Shown: positions 1-10,349 of the stretch, piece by piece
Layout of the letters: the number at the start of each line of letters is the position of its first letter
Numbering within the stretch: position 1 is the first letter of the stretch
NCBI GenBank assembly: GCA_033763905.1
Contig: JANRJP010000037.1
Span: 94,737 to 158,736, forward strand
DNA: 64,000 nt
DNA from: Gemmatimonadaceae bacterium
Lineage (GTDB): Bacteria > Gemmatimonadota > Gemmatimonadetes > Gemmatimonadales > Gemmatimonadaceae
Direction of reading: 5' to 3'
The notes under the pieces: model-generated
Told to the model about the DNA's origin: nothing
The model's database searches: none
Seen by the model: the letters and a program-made list of their open reading frames with translations, nothing else
Translations under genes and position numbers: made by a program

Positions 1-1557
1 CCGTTCGCGTATCCGCCGCAGCTCAACGTGGCCGAGCGGTTGCTCGACGCCGCAATCCGCGAGGGCCACGGCGACCGCCCCCTGTTGCTCACGCCCGGCA
101 TTGACGGGACGTGGCAGACGACGACGTGGGCAGAGTTCTCGCGACAGGTGGATGCGTGGAGCCACGTGCTGCGAGACCGCTTCGCGGTGGTCCCCGGCAA
201 CCGCGTGCTGCTGCGCGGGTTCAACGGCCGCGACTTGGCCGCGGCGTGGTTTGCCGTGATGAAGGTCGGGGCGATCGCCGTCACGACGATGCCGATGCTG
301 CGCGAGCCGGAGTTGCGCGTGGTGCTGCGCACCGCTCGATGCGCCCTCGCGATCACCGACGTACGCTTGGCGGACGCGCTGCGGGCGGCGGCCGCCGCTG
401 ACGATGCCGCCGCCATTCCCGTCACTACGTGGGGCGCCGATGATCCGAACGACGTCCACCGCTTGGCGATGGGGTACACGGCGCCCTTCCCTGCCGTCGC
501 CACCTCCTCGGACGATGTGTGCCTGATCGCCTTTACGTCGGGCACCACGGGAGTCCCGAAAGGCTGTATGCACTTCCATCGCGACGTGATGGCGATGTGC
601 GATGGATTCTCGGCGCAGGTACTGCGACCGACGCCGGACGATCGCTGCATCGGCACGCCGCCACTGGCGTTCACCTTCGGGCTTGGTGGTCTGTTGTGCT
701 TTCCGATGGCGGCGCGCGCGAGTACGGTGCTGCTCGAGAAGGCGACGCCCGACTCTCTGCTCGACGCCATCGCCGCCACGCGGGCGACCATCAGCTTCAC
801 CGCGCCAACATTCTACCGCCATATGGCGCTGGCAATCCAGGCGGCGCCCGGGCGATTCGATGTGTCGTCCTTGCGGCAGAGCGTGTCGGCCGGCGAAGCG
901 CTGCCGGACGCGACGCGGACGCTGTGGCGTGACGCCAGCGGGATCGAAATGCTCGACGGTATCGGCGCGACGGAGTTGATTCACATCTTCATTGCCGCCG
1001 CTGGCACCGACGTGCGGCCGCGCGCCATCGGGCGCGCGGTGCCCGGGTACGAGGTGGCGATTCTGGACGATGCGCTGCAGCCCGTTCCACCCGGCACCGT
1101 CGGACGACTGGCCGTGCGCGGCCCCACCGGGTGTCGGTACCTGGCCGATCCTCGCCAGCGCGCCTATGTGCAGGGCGGGTGGAATCTGACCGGGGATGCC
1201 GCCACGATGGACGCCGACGGCTACGTGTACTTCAAGGCGCGCACCGATGACCTGATCATCTCGGCGGGGTACAACATTGGCGCCCCGGAGGTTGAAGCGG
1301 CGCTGCTGACGCACGCAGCCGTCGCGGAATGCGCGGTCATCGGCGTTCCCGACCCTGAACGCGGGCAGGCCGTAAAGGCCTTCGTGGTGCTGCGACCGGA
1401 GGCGTCCCCGAGCGATGCGCTCGGCAAGGCGTTGCAGGACCACGTGAAAGCGACGATCGCACCGTACAAGTATCCGCGACAGATCGAGTTCGTCCCTGCA
1501 CTGCCGAAGACCGACACCGGCAAGCTGCAGCGTTTCCGTCTCAAGGAGCCCAGGTGA
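1..1557 (+). CDS. Benzoate/2-aminobenzoate-CoA ligase family AMP-binding enzyme (5' end outside window)
   Basis: FTSGTTGVPKG AMP-binding loop, DGIGATE, GD...KARTDD, PKTDTGKLQR; frame open from base 1 (PFAYPPQLNVAE). Confidence 0.85.
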   Translation, partial: PFAYPPQLNVAERLLDAAIREGHGDRPLLLTPGIDGTWQTTTWAEFSRQVDAWSHVLRDRFAVVPGNRVLLRGFNGRDLAAAWFAVMKVGAIAVTTMPMLREPELRVVLRTARCALAITDVRLADALRAAAAADDAAAIPVTTWGADDPNDVHRLAMGYTAPFPAVATSSDDVCLIAFTSGTTGVPKGCMHFHRDVMAMCDGFSAQVLRPTPDDRCIGTPPLAFTFGLGGLLCFPMAARASTVLLEKATPDSLLDAIAATRATISFTAPTFYRHMALAIQAAPGRFDVSSLRQSVSAGEALPDATRTLWRDASGIEMLDGIGATELIHIFIAAAGTDVRPRAIGRAVPGYEVAILDDALQPVPPGTVGRLAVRGPTGCRYLADPRQRAYVQGGWNLTGDAATMDADGYVYFKARTDDLIISAGYNIGAPEVEAALLTHAAVAECAVIGVPDPERGQAVKAFVVLRPEASPSDALGKALQDHVKATIAPYKYPRQIEFVPALPKTDTGKLQRFRLKEPR

Positions 1558-1976
1558 CGTCACCGCTCAGCCCGTTCACGGTCCCGGGCAGCATTCGCTT
1601 TCAACACTGTGATCCGGCAGGCATTGCGTTCTTTGCACGCCTCGACGAACTGCTGAACGCCGCATTCGAGGACTGGTGTGCCGCGGCGGGTCTGCCGTTC
1701 GCGACGATGATGCGTACCGATCGTCACGGCTTTCCGCTCGTGCACGCGACGATCGACTACCGCCGCCCGCTGCTGCTCGGCGATCAGATCACGATCACGC
1801 ACACGGTGCGCGCGGTCGGGCGTTCGTCGGTCACGTTCGGGGTCACCATCACCTCCGCGAACGGCGTGTGCGTCGAAGGCACGCACATTCGCGTCTTCAC
1901 CTCACTCGACACCCACCAGTCCGTGCCGCTCCCGTCCCCGCTGCGCGACGCCCTGTCTTCCGTCGGACCCCTCTGA
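1554..1976 (+). CDS. Acyl-CoA thioesterase (4-hydroxybenzoyl-CoA thioesterase/hotdog family)
   Basis: IRFQHCDPAGIAFF motif; GTGA overlap with ligase stop. Confidence 0.85.
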   Translation: MTSPLSPFTVPGSIRFQHCDPAGIAFFARLDELLNAAFEDWCAAAGLPFATMMRTDRHGFPLVHATIDYRRPLLLGDQITITHTVRAVGRSSVTFGVTITSANGVCVEGTHIRVFTSLDTHQSVPLPSPLRDALSSVGPL

Positions 1977-2380
1977 TGCATCGTACGCTCAATCCGGCGG
2001 AGTGGCCGGCCCCCAAGGGCTACACGAACGGCGTCGCCGCGCGCGGCACGACGATCTTCGTCGCGGGTCAGATCGGATGGACCGAGACGCAAGTGCTCGC
2101 AGGCCCGGATCTGGTGCCTCAGGTCCGGCAGGCCCTGGTCAACATCGTCCGGGTGCTGGCCGAAGCTGGAGCCCGTCCGGAGCATCTCGTGCGGCTCACG
2201 TGGTACCTCACCGATGTGGCGGAGTACCGTGCGCAGGCGCGCGCGATCGGGCACGTGTATCGCGAGGTGATCGGACGCCACTACCCGCCGATGTCGGCGA
2301 TCGAGGTGCGCGCGCTCGTCGAACCCGGCGCGGTCGTCGAGATCGAAGCCACGGCCGTCGTTCCGGACGCCGCCCCGTGA
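1976..2380 (+). CDS. RidA/YjgF family protein
   Basis: Start re-called at ATG 1976 (TGATG overlap); PKGYTNG, IFVAGQIG, VEIEATA motifs. Confidence 0.85.
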   Translation: MHRTLNPAEWPAPKGYTNGVAARGTTIFVAGQIGWTETQVLAGPDLVPQVRQALVNIVRVLAEAGARPEHLVRLTWYLTDVAEYRAQARAIGHVYREVIGRHYPPMSAIEVRALVEPGAVVEIEATAVVPDAAP

Positions 2381-3150
2381 CCATCGCACCGCTCACGGTC
2401 ACGATGCCGGCGGCGCACGTGTGCTTAATCACGTTGCAACGTCCCTCACAACGCAACGCGCTCACGCACGAGACGATGGTCGCCCTCGCGGACGCGCTCG
2501 AGGCGGCCGATGCCAACTCGGACGTGCGCGCGGTTGTCATGGCCGGCGATGCGCGCGTGTTCGCCGCGGGCGCCGACCTGCGTGAGATGGCCGCCCTCGA
2601 CGGGCCGGCGCTTGCGGAGCATCCGCGCACCGTGGCCTGGCGCCGCATTGCGGCGGTGGGCGTGCCGGTGATCGCCGCGGTCGAAGGGGTCGCGCTCGGC
2701 GGCGGATGCGAGTTGGTCCAGTGTTGCGACATCGCCATCGCCGGCGCGGACGCACGCTTTGGACAACCCGAGATTGGCATCGGCTGGATGCCCGGCGCTG
2801 GCGGGACGCAGCGGCTGCCGCGCGCCGTGGGCAAGTCGCTGGCGATGCAGATGGTGTTGACCGGTGAGCCGATTACCGCCGCGCGGGCCTGCGAGGCAGG
2901 ACTCGTGTCGGAAGTCGTTCCCGCTGGCGAGGCATTGCCGCGCGCCCTCGCAATTGGTTCGGCGATCGCCGCGCACGCGCCGGCGGCCATTCGGCACGCC
3001 AAGGCCAGCGTGCTCGCCGCCTACCGCGGCTCGATCGAGGACGGCCTCGCCGACGAACGAGGGCGGTTTCAGGCCCTCGCCTCGTCCGAGGAGCGCCGCG
3101 AAGGCATCGCGGCCTTCCTCGAGAAACGCCCACCCTCGTGGCGCGACTGA
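2377..3150 (+). CDS. Enoyl-CoA hydratase/isomerase (PaaF-like)
   Basis: FAAGADL, ALGGGCEL, FGQPE..G..PGAGGTQRL; GTG at 2377 overlaps upstream stop. Confidence 0.9.
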   Translation: MTIAPLTVTMPAAHVCLITLQRPSQRNALTHETMVALADALEAADANSDVRAVVMAGDARVFAAGADLREMAALDGPALAEHPRTVAWRRIAAVGVPVIAAVEGVALGGGCELVQCCDIAIAGADARFGQPEIGIGWMPGAGGTQRLPRAVGKSLAMQMVLTGEPITAARACEAGLVSEVVPAGEALPRALAIGSAIAAHAPAAIRHAKASVLAAYRGSIEDGLADERGRFQALASSEERREGIAAFLEKRPPSWRD

Positions 3151-3175
3151 GCTCGTTCGGCCGCCCCGCCCTCGC

Positions 3176-6100
3176 TCAGCGCTCCAACGGCGGCGGGGGC
3201 GGCAGCGCGGCCTGCAGGGCCGGATTCGGAATCGCCAGCACTGCGGCTCGCCACGTGTCGTAATCGTCGAGTCGCAGTCGGCTCGCGCTGATATCGAGAT
3301 GCTGGATCACCGCACCGACGAGCCCGTCATACTCGATGCGATGGACCTCCATCTGGAACCATCGCTTCTGGGTCGGCGAGTGGCAGGGGTACTCGAGCCG
3401 GAACCGCGAGGCGACCCCGTCGAGCACCTCGCGGATGCCGCGGGCAGCCGCCGTCGCCGTGGGATCGTTGACGGCAGCGTGCGTGATCTGCAGGTAGTTC
3501 AGTCCAACGCCGGCGCGCAACGGCTCAGGCGCATCATTCACCTCGGCGAATCGCGACCACGCGGCGTTCGTCTGCGTGATCGTCCCATCCACCGTGACGA
3601 CGGCGACCGATGCCGGCAGCGCATCGAGAATCGACTGCAGACGCAGTTCGCCCCGCTTGACCTCGGTAATGTCGACGAGGCTCAGAATCGTGCCGTCGGC
3701 TGTGCCCTCGCGCACCAGGTACGGCAGTACGCGCAAGTGCGAGAGCGATCCGTCCGGCAGGACGACCTCCAACGACTCGCTGGCACCCGTGTCCATCACG
3801 CGCCGCGACATCGCCTCCAGGTCAAGGCCCGGCAGTCGGGCGGCGATGTGCGCGATCGGCCGCCCGATGTCGTGCGGCATCACGTGCACCAGCCGCGTCG
3901 CCGCTTCGGTGAACTTGCGAATGCGGGACTCGCGATCGAGGAAGACGATTCCGACGCCCGTGGAGCGTAGCAGGTTCTCGATGTCGTTGTTCAAGCCGAT
4001 CAACTCGAGAATCTTCTCCTGATGCTCGGCATTGACGGTCTGGAGTTCCTCGTTGACCGACTGCAGCTCCTCGTTCGTGCTCTGCAGTTCCTCGTTCGAG
4101 GCGACCAACTCCTCGTTCGTCGCCTGCAACTCTTCATTCGAGGTCTCGAGTTCCTCGATTGTCGCCTGCAGGTGCTCCTTGGTGTACTGCAGCTCCTGCT
4201 CCAGTTGCGCGATGCGGGCCGACGATGCGCCGTCGGACGACATATTCTCCGTCGTCTCGCCGGCGAAGGGCTCCGGGCCATCCTGGAAGAACGCGAGGTA
4301 CAGCCGAATGCGCTCGCCCCCCATCTCGATCGGACGCACGCGCAAGGTGATGCTCGGGCGACCCGGTCCGGCATCGATGCCCCGATACGCGACTTCCGAC
4401 TCCCGCGTCGCGCGACCGAGCGCGGTTCGCAGCGCCGCCGCGAGAGGCTTGGGCAGCAGCTTGAAAATCTCGAGCGTCGATCGACCGGGCGAGACGTGCA
4501 ACAGATCACCGACGTTGCCGAACGCGTGCACCAGGTGGTACTCGGCGTCGAGCACCACGCAGCGCATCCCGAGCGCGCTCGACAACTCCTGATACACCCG
4601 GTCGAGCAGCACTTCCTCGCCGGGCAACCGCGTGCCCCACGCTCGCGGCGTCGACGCGCTCCCGAAGCCATCGACCACCGGGACGCCCGACGAGCGGCGG
4701 CCGCGCGATGGGAACGACTCCACCAGCGTCTGCCGACCAGGATTCAGCGCCTGCAGAATGCGCCACTTGTGGTCGACGACCTGGAAGTGCGACGCGAGTT
4801 GTCCGACCGACTCGCTCGGCCCAAGGAACAGGAAGCCGCGCGCACGCAGCGCATAGGCGAGCAGCGCCAGCACCTTGCGTTGCTGGTCCGTCCCAAGGTA
4901 GATGAGAAAGTTCCGGCACGACACGATGTCCATTCGCGTCAGCGGCGGATCCCGCAGGATGTTGTGCCGCGCGAAGATCACGCGCTCGCGCAGCGCCCGC
5001 GTCACCCGATAGCCATCGCCCTCACGCGAGAAAAATCGCGCGAGCCGCTCCGGTGCCAGATCCGCCGCGATCGACTCCGGATACAACCCGTGCGCGGCCA
5101 CGTCGATCGCCTCGTCATCGACATCCGTCGCGAAGACCCGCAGCTCCCGCGAGTCGCCGGCCGCCGACAGCGCCTCGAGCAGCAGCATCGCGATCGAGTA
5201 GGGTTCCTCGCCCGTCGAGCACGCCGGCACCCAGACGCGCACCTCGCGATCGCGCGGGGCATCGCGCAACACCTGCGGAATCACCGTCGATTCGAGGATC
5301 GCGAAGGCCTCCGCGTCCCGGAAGAATCGCGTGACGTTGATCAGCAGGTCGCGGTGCAACTGCCGCAACTCGGATGGCGACTCGCGGAGCAACGCCGTGT
5401 AGCGCTCGAGGTCGAGCCCGGTGTGCATCTGGACCCGACGTTCGATCCGCCGGTAGATGGTGCTCGGCTTGTAGCCGGAGAAGTCCACGCCGCCCTGCTC
5501 ACGCAGCAGCACCAGGACGCGCTGCACTTGCTCGGCGTCGATCGGCCCCAGGGATTCGGGGCCTCCGGCAATCGCGGTGCCCTCGTTGCGGCTGAGGAAC
5601 TGCACGATGACCTGCGGCATCGCGCCCGCCGGCAGCACTTGGTCGGCCAGGCCGCTGTTCTGCACGCTCCGCGGCATCCCGTCGAACTGTGCCTCCGACG
5701 GGTCCTGCGCGAGCACGAAGCCACCTTCGGCCTTGAGTTCCCGGGCGCCCCGGGTCCCGTCGCTCCCCGTACCGGACAGAATCACCCCAGCCGCCCGCTC
5801 GCCGAGGGATGCACCCATCGAGGCGAAGAAGGTATCGATCGGGAGATGCAACCCACCGAGCGTCACGTGCTCCCGCAAGCGCAGCACGGTGCCGTCGAGC
5901 GTGAGATCACTCTTCGGCGGGTTGAGGTAGATGGTGTCCGGCTCGAGCCGCATCCCGTCTTCCGCGCGCTTGACCGGCAACGCCGTGTGCCGCGCGAGCA
6001 GCTCGGCCATCAGCGACCGATAGTCGGGCGAGAGGTGCTGAATGACGACGTAGGCAATCCCGGTCCCCGCCGGCACTGCGGCGAAGAACCGTTCGAGCGC

Positions 6101-6205
6101 TTCCAGACCGCCGGCGCTCGCGCCAACGGCACACACGCCCCGAATGGCGACCGCTTCGCCACGCGATGGGTCCCGTGCCCCGGGACGGGGTTCAAGCACC
6201 GTCAC
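3176..6205 (-). CDS. CheB methylesterase-CheR methyltransferase fusion with coiled coil and PAS domains
   Basis: Che[18 protein letters not shown]; Che[38 protein letters not shown] heptads; GTG 6205 overlaps the stop of the upstream kinase. Confidence 0.9.
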   Translation of the reverse strand: MTVLEPRPGARDPSRGEAVAIRGVCAVGASAGGLEALERFFAAVPAGTGIAYVVIQHLSPDYRSLMAELLARHTALPVKRAEDGMRLEPDTIYLNPPKSDLTLDGTVLRLREHVTLGGLHLPIDTFFASMGASLGERAAGVILSGTGSDGTRGARELKAEGGFVLAQDPSEAQFDGMPRSVQNSGLADQVLPAGAMPQVIVQFLSRNEGTAIAGGPESLGPIDAEQVQRVLVLLREQGGVDFSGYKPSTIYRRIERRVQMHTGLDLERYTALLRESPSELRQLHRDLLINVTRFFRDAEAFAILESTVIPQVLRDAPRDREVRVWVPACSTGEEPYSIAMLLLEALSAAGDSRELRVFATDVDDEAIDVAAHGLYPESIAADLAPERLARFFSREGDGYRVTRALRERVIFARHNILRDPPLTRMDIVSCRNFLIYLGTDQQRKVLALLAYALRARGFLFLGPSESVGQLASHFQVVDHKWRILQALNPGRQTLVESFPSRGRRSSGVPVVDGFGSASTPRAWGTRLPGEEVLLDRVYQELSSALGMRCVVLDAEYHLVHAFGNVGDLLHVSPGRSTLEIFKLLPKPLAAALRTALGRATRESEVAYRGIDAGPGRPSITLRVRPIEMGGERIRLYLAFFQDGPEPFAGETTENMSSDGASSARIAQLEQELQYTKEHLQATIEELETSNEELQATNEELVASNEELQSTNEELQSVNEELQTVNAEHQEKILELIGLNNDIENLLRSTGVGIVFLDRESRIRKFTEAATRLVHVMPHDIGRPIAHIAARLPGLDLEAMSRRVMDTGASESLEVVLPDGSLSHLRVLPYLVREGTADGTILSLVDITEVKRGELRLQSILDALPASVAVVTVDGTITQTNAAWSRFAEVNDAPEPLRAGVGLNYLQITHAAVNDPTATAAARGIREVLDGVASRFRLEYPCHSPTQKRWFQMEVHRIEYDGLVGAVIQHLDISASRLRLDDYDTWRAAVLAIPNPALQAALPPPPPLER

Positions 6206-8475
6206 GTCTGGCTCCGCGCAAGTGACGACCGACTCTCGATGCCTTCGCGAACGGCGGCGAGCAGCATTCCTGCCGACCACGGCTTGCGAATCGCGTGACG
6301 CCACCCGGTGGCTCGTCCGAGCCGCTCCGGGACACCGTCCAAGGCATAGCCGGTCATCCACAGCACCGGCATCCCCGGCGTGTACGCTTCCACCGCCGCC
6401 GCGACGCTCGCGCCACCACCGCCCGGCATCACCACGTCGGACACCACGATCGAGAATGCTCCCGGGCGCTGCATCAACCGCTCGGACGCCATCGCCCCGC
6501 TCTCGGCTTCTTCCACCTCATACCCCTTTTGTCTGAGCAGCATTGCCGTCAAGGAACGAATCGCCGGATCATCTTCCACCAACAGAACCCGTTCGGTGCC
6601 CCTCGGCAAGCGACCCGTGGCGGCCTCGGGCGGTTCTGCGGCGGGCGCGTCGTGCGCCGGGAACCGCAACAGCACACTCGTCCCTGTGCCCGGCGCGGAC
6701 TCGACGTCCACGCTCCCGTCGTGCTGGGCCATCAGCCCGTAGACCATCGCCATCCCGAGACCTGTCCCCTTCCCGACGGGCTTCGTCGTGAAGAAGGGCT
6801 CGAAAATCCGCGCGAGCGTCTGCTCGTCCATCCCGTCTCCCGTATCGGTGACGCGCAGTTCCACGTGCGACGCGGCCGTCGATGCGGGACCCGACGCGCG
6901 CGCGGGACCCGGCCGACGCGCCAGCGACAGGCGCAGTTCCCCAGTGCCGTTCGGCATCGCGTCCCGTGCGTTCGTGCCCAAGTTGAGCAGAATCTGCTGG
7001 ACCGACGAGGCGTCCACGTTGACCGGGGGAACGTCGGGCTCCGTCGCCACAACGACCTGGATCGTCTCGGGAAGCACGCGGCGAAGCATCGCCGCGACCT
7101 CGCCGACGAGCAGCTCCAGCCTGAGCGGCGCACGCACGAGTGCGTCCCGCCGACTGAACGCCATCAGCTTGCGCACCATCTCGGCTCCGCGAACGCTCGC
7201 CGAGGTGATGGCCGCCAGACCGACGCGGAACTGCGGTGGAATCGGAGGCGCGGCGGGATCATCGATCTCGTCAAGCAGATAGTCCGCGTTCCCCTGCACG
7301 ACGGTCAGCACATTGTTGAAGTCGTGGGCGATGCCGCCCGTGAGCTGCCCGAGCGCCTCGATCTTCTGGACGTGCCGCAACTGCGACTCCAGCCGACGTG
7401 TCTCGGTAATGTCGTGAAACACGTACAGGTTGCGACCGGGCACGACGGACGCGCGCGCCGAGACCAGCGCCTCGCGCAACGAGCCGTCGGATTGGCGCAC
7501 CGTGACCACCGCGCGCGCGCTGGCCCGCGCATCGAGCAAGTCGTCCACCGTCGCCGGCTCGGCCCCGGCCTGTTCCAGCACCGTGACGAGGGCCGCGAGG
7601 CGCTCGCCGCGCAGCAGCGGAAGCGGGAGCCCGAGCAACGCTGCGGCTGCTTCGTTGGCAGCAAGCACGCGGCCTTCGGGGTCGCAGAGCACCATCGCGT
7701 CGAGCGCTTGCTCGAACACCGCGCGGAAGTGGGCGATCGCTTCGTCGTGCGCCCGCTGCTCAGCGCGAATGGCGGTCACGTCGGCGTGCACGACGACGGC
7801 GCCCGGCGCGCCCTGCAACGCCGTCACCTGCGCCCGATACCACTCGGTGCCTGACGGCCGCGGGCATTCGTACTCGAACTCGTACGCCATCGCGCGGCGG
7901 CGGAGCACCGACCGCAAACCGCGGGCGAACTCGCCGACCTCAGGAACGCCGGACGCCGCGGCCCGATCGCACACGTCGAGGTAGTTGACCCCGACGCCGT
8001 CGTCGGCCAGCCCGAGCGCGTGCTCGCGAGCCGAGACTCGCCACCGCGCGTTCGCGGCAATGATCACTCCGGCGTCGTCGAGCACCACGACACTGGCAGG
8101 CAGTGCGTCGAAGATCTCCTCGAGGACACGTAACCCGTCGTCTCGGGCGGCCTCTTGTTCGCGCCAGTCGGTGACATCGAGCAAGCGGACGAAGCGCGCC
8201 GGCGTGTCGCCCCACCGAATCGGCGACCACGCCGCGCTCAGGATGCGGCGTTCGCCGTGCGAGACGACGCTGAACTCGGCCGGCGGCACGGGGGCGTCCG
8301 CCAGAATGGGCAGCGCGTGATGGGTCGTGGGGATCGCGCGACTGGCGGCGCGGTTCGCAGCGAGGACTCGGCCTCCAGCCGCCAACACCAGACAGGCGTC
8401 CGGATGCGCGTCGACGAGCGCCTGCATCGCGCCGACATCTTCGGACAGCCGGAACTCCAAGGGTGGGACTCGCAT
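6202..8475 (-). CDS. PAS-domain hybrid sensor histidine kinase/response regulator
   Basis: [10 protein letters not shown]-box, NARDAM N-box, [22 protein letters not shown]-terminal REC (LLVEDD, SDVVMPG, KP); AGGAG SD. Confidence 0.92.
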   Translation of the reverse strand: MRVPPLEFRLSEDVGAMQALVDAHPDACLVLAAGGRVLAANRAASRAIPTTHHALPILADAPVPPAEFSVVSHGERRILSAAWSPIRWGDTPARFVRLLDVTDWREQEAARDDGLRVLEEIFDALPASVVVLDDAGVIIAANARWRVSAREHALGLADDGVGVNYLDVCDRAAASGVPEVGEFARGLRSVLRRRAMAYEFEYECPRPSGTEWYRAQVTALQGAPGAVVVHADVTAIRAEQRAHDEAIAHFRAVFEQALDAMVLCDPEGRVLAANEAAAALLGLPLPLLRGERLAALVTVLEQAGAEPATVDDLLDARASARAVVTVRQSDGSLREALVSARASVVPGRNLYVFHDITETRRLESQLRHVQKIEALGQLTGGIAHDFNNVLTVVQGNADYLLDEIDDPAAPPIPPQFRVGLAAITSASVRGAEMVRKLMAFSRRDALVRAPLRLELLVGEVAAMLRRVLPETIQVVVATEPDVPPVNVDASSVQQILLNLGTNARDAMPNGTGELRLSLARRPGPARASGPASTAASHVELRVTDTGDGMDEQTLARIFEPFFTTKPVGKGTGLGMAMVYGLMAQHDGSVDVESAPGTGTSVLLRFPAHDAPAAEPPEAATGRLPRGTERVLLVEDDPAIRSLTAMLLRQKGYEVEEAESGAMASERLMQRPGAFSIVVSDVVMPGGGGASVAAAVEAYTPGMPVLWMTGYALDGVPERLGRATGWRHAIRKPWSAGMLLAAVREGIESRSSLARSQT

Positions 8476-8564
8476 CGGGCTCCTAGGACGCTCGGGCCTA
8501 GACAGCCTAAGTGCAAGCAGGAGTACCCCTTATCTCCAGTTAAGAAGTCCCTAGCGCAAGACAA

Positions 8565-8596
8565 TCGGGGGACCTGCCGCGTCGCAGGTCCCCCGA
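8565..8596 (-). terminator. Hairpin/likely terminator downstream of tRNA-Arg
   Basis: Perfect 13-bp inverted repeat TCGGGGGACCTGC/GCAGGTCCCCCGA, 6-nt loop, followed by TTGTCTT on minus strand. Confidence 0.7.
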
Positions 8597-8600
8597 ACAG

Positions 8601-8664
<64 letters not shown>

Positions 8665-8674
<10 letters not shown>

Positions 8675-9117
8675 GACCCACCTTTCGAATCTAGCATCTC
8701 GGCGAAGCGCTCGGCGGCCAGCGCCAGTTCGTCCCGTACCAGCGGGTCCGCTGTCTGCCCGTCGGCGGCCGCGATCACACGCAGCATCGTCTCGCAGGCC
8801 CCCCGCGCGGCATCACGCCAGCGCGCATCCTCGACCGCGGCGACGACCAGCAGGAGCGGCCCGGGCGGCATCGTCGTGCGCCGAAGGGGATCCTCGTCGA
8901 GGCGATGCAATGCCAGCAACAGCACCGGGAGCCCGCCGCGCCCGCGCGACAGCAGCAAGGCGATGTCGTCGTCGTCGAGCGCCCAGAGCGGTACCCGCCG
9001 AATGCGATGCAACCACGCCGTGTGGCCCGACGCGAACGGGCCGGCATCGGCGGGGTCGGCCTCGAGCTCGTCGAGACTGCGCCCGAAGATCGGATGATCG
9101 GCGAGAGGGGGTCGCAT
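8665..9117 (-). CDS. Hypothetical protein resembling CdiI-type contact-dependent inhibition immunity proteins
   Basis: RSLDELE...LHRIRRVPL..LDDDDIALLLS.G.G...LLLALHRLDEDPL....PGPLL pattern matches my recollection of the CdiI_3 family; start re-called at ATG 9117. Confidence 0.55.
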
Positions 9118-9212
9118 CGACGCCCGAAAGCTAGCGCCCTCGTCAGCGCCCGGACGGGCCCGTACGTTCTCCCGCGTCGTTCCACTCTCCCGGCCCATTT
9201 GCCCCGCCTGCT

Positions 9213-10349
9213 ATGCCGTCTGTTCGTCCGATTGCTCCCGGTGGCCCGGTCCGGGTGGGTGTCCTTGGTGCGGGCGCGTGGGCAATGGGGGCCCACATTC
9301 CCGGCTGGGCGCGAGACCCTCGGGTCCAATTGGTCGCGGTGGCGGATCCCGTCCCGGGCCTGGCGGAGCAGGCGGCTCGGACCTTTGCGATTCCGACCGC
9401 AACGACGGACGCCGCCGAGGTGATCGGTCGCGACGATATCGACGTGATCGATGTCTGCACCCCGAGCGCCACGCACGCCGAGCTGAGCGCCCGGGCCCTG
9501 GCGGCCGGACACCACGTGCTGTGCGAGAAGCCGGTCGCCTATGATTTCCGCGAGACCGATCGCCTGGCGGCGGATGCAGCCGCGCGCGGCGCCAAGACCA
9601 AGCTCGGCTTCACGTTCCGCTACGCGCCGGCGATGCGCTACGTGAAGCGGCTGATCGATCAGGGGTTCATCGGCCGTCCGTTCATCTTCAATGGATTCGA
9701 GCAGAACTCCCAGTTCCTCGACCCGATGAATCCGCTCCGCCAACAGGACCCGGAGGCCGACCAGTCAGTGCTGCAGGTCGCGTCGCTGGAGGGCTACGGA
9801 GCACCCATCATCGACATCGGCGCGTGGCTGATCGGTGCGCCGTACGCCGAGGTCGTCGGGACGATGAAGAACTTCATCCCGGAGCGAATGGTCCGTCAGA
9901 CCGGCCGCGTGATGCGGATGAACATCGACGACGGCGACATTTTCATGGCGGAGTTCGCCAACGGGGCGATCGGTTCGGTTCAGACCTCCTTCGTCACCGT
10001 CGGCAACTATCCGGGCATAGAGGCGCGGATATACGGGCAGGAAGGCGCCTTGATCTGCCGCTTGGTGGAGGAGCGCGGCATCTGCGAAGTCCTGCGCGGC
10101 GCGACACCGGATGCCGTGGAGTTCGAACCGCTGACGGTTCCGGCGGATCTCTACCCGGCCGGCGGGACCCCGCGCGAGCATTGGCGCACGCTGTTCTACG
10201 CGAATCTGATCAAGGACTTTCTGGACGAGCTGACCGGCCTTGTCGACAAGAACGAAGGCAACTTCCACGACGGCGCGCGAGTGCAGGAAGTGATCAACGC
10301 CGTGGAACGATCCGTGCGGGAGCGGCGGTGGGTATCCCTCCCGCTATGA
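9213..10349 (+). CDS. Gfo/Idh/MocA family NAD(P)-dependent oxidoreductase
   Basis: VGVLGAG Rossmann start, VCTPSATH, HVLCEKP. Confidence 0.9.
   Translation: MPSVRPIAPGGPVRVGVLGAGAWAMGAHIPGWARDPRVQLVAVADPVPGLAEQAARTFAIPTATTDAAEVIGRDDIDVIDVCTPSATHAELSARALAAGHHVLCEKPVAYDFRETDRLAADAAARGAKTKLGFTFRYAPAMRYVKRLIDQGFIGRPFIFNGFEQNSQFLDPMNPLRQQDPEADQSVLQVASLEGYGAPIIDIGAWLIGAPYAEVVGTMKNFIPERMVRQTGRVMRMNIDDGDIFMAEFANGAIGSVQTSFVTVGNYPGIEARIYGQEGALICRLVEERGICEVLRGATPDAVEFEPLTVPADLYPAGGTPREHWRTLFYANLIKDFLDELTGLVDKNEGNFHDGARVQEVINAVERSVRERRWVSLPL

Noticed and set aside
8511..8530. Possible sigma54 promoter upstream of the hybrid kinase (GGTACTCCTGCTTGCA)
   Set aside because: GG-to-GC spacing is 11 nt rather than the required 10.
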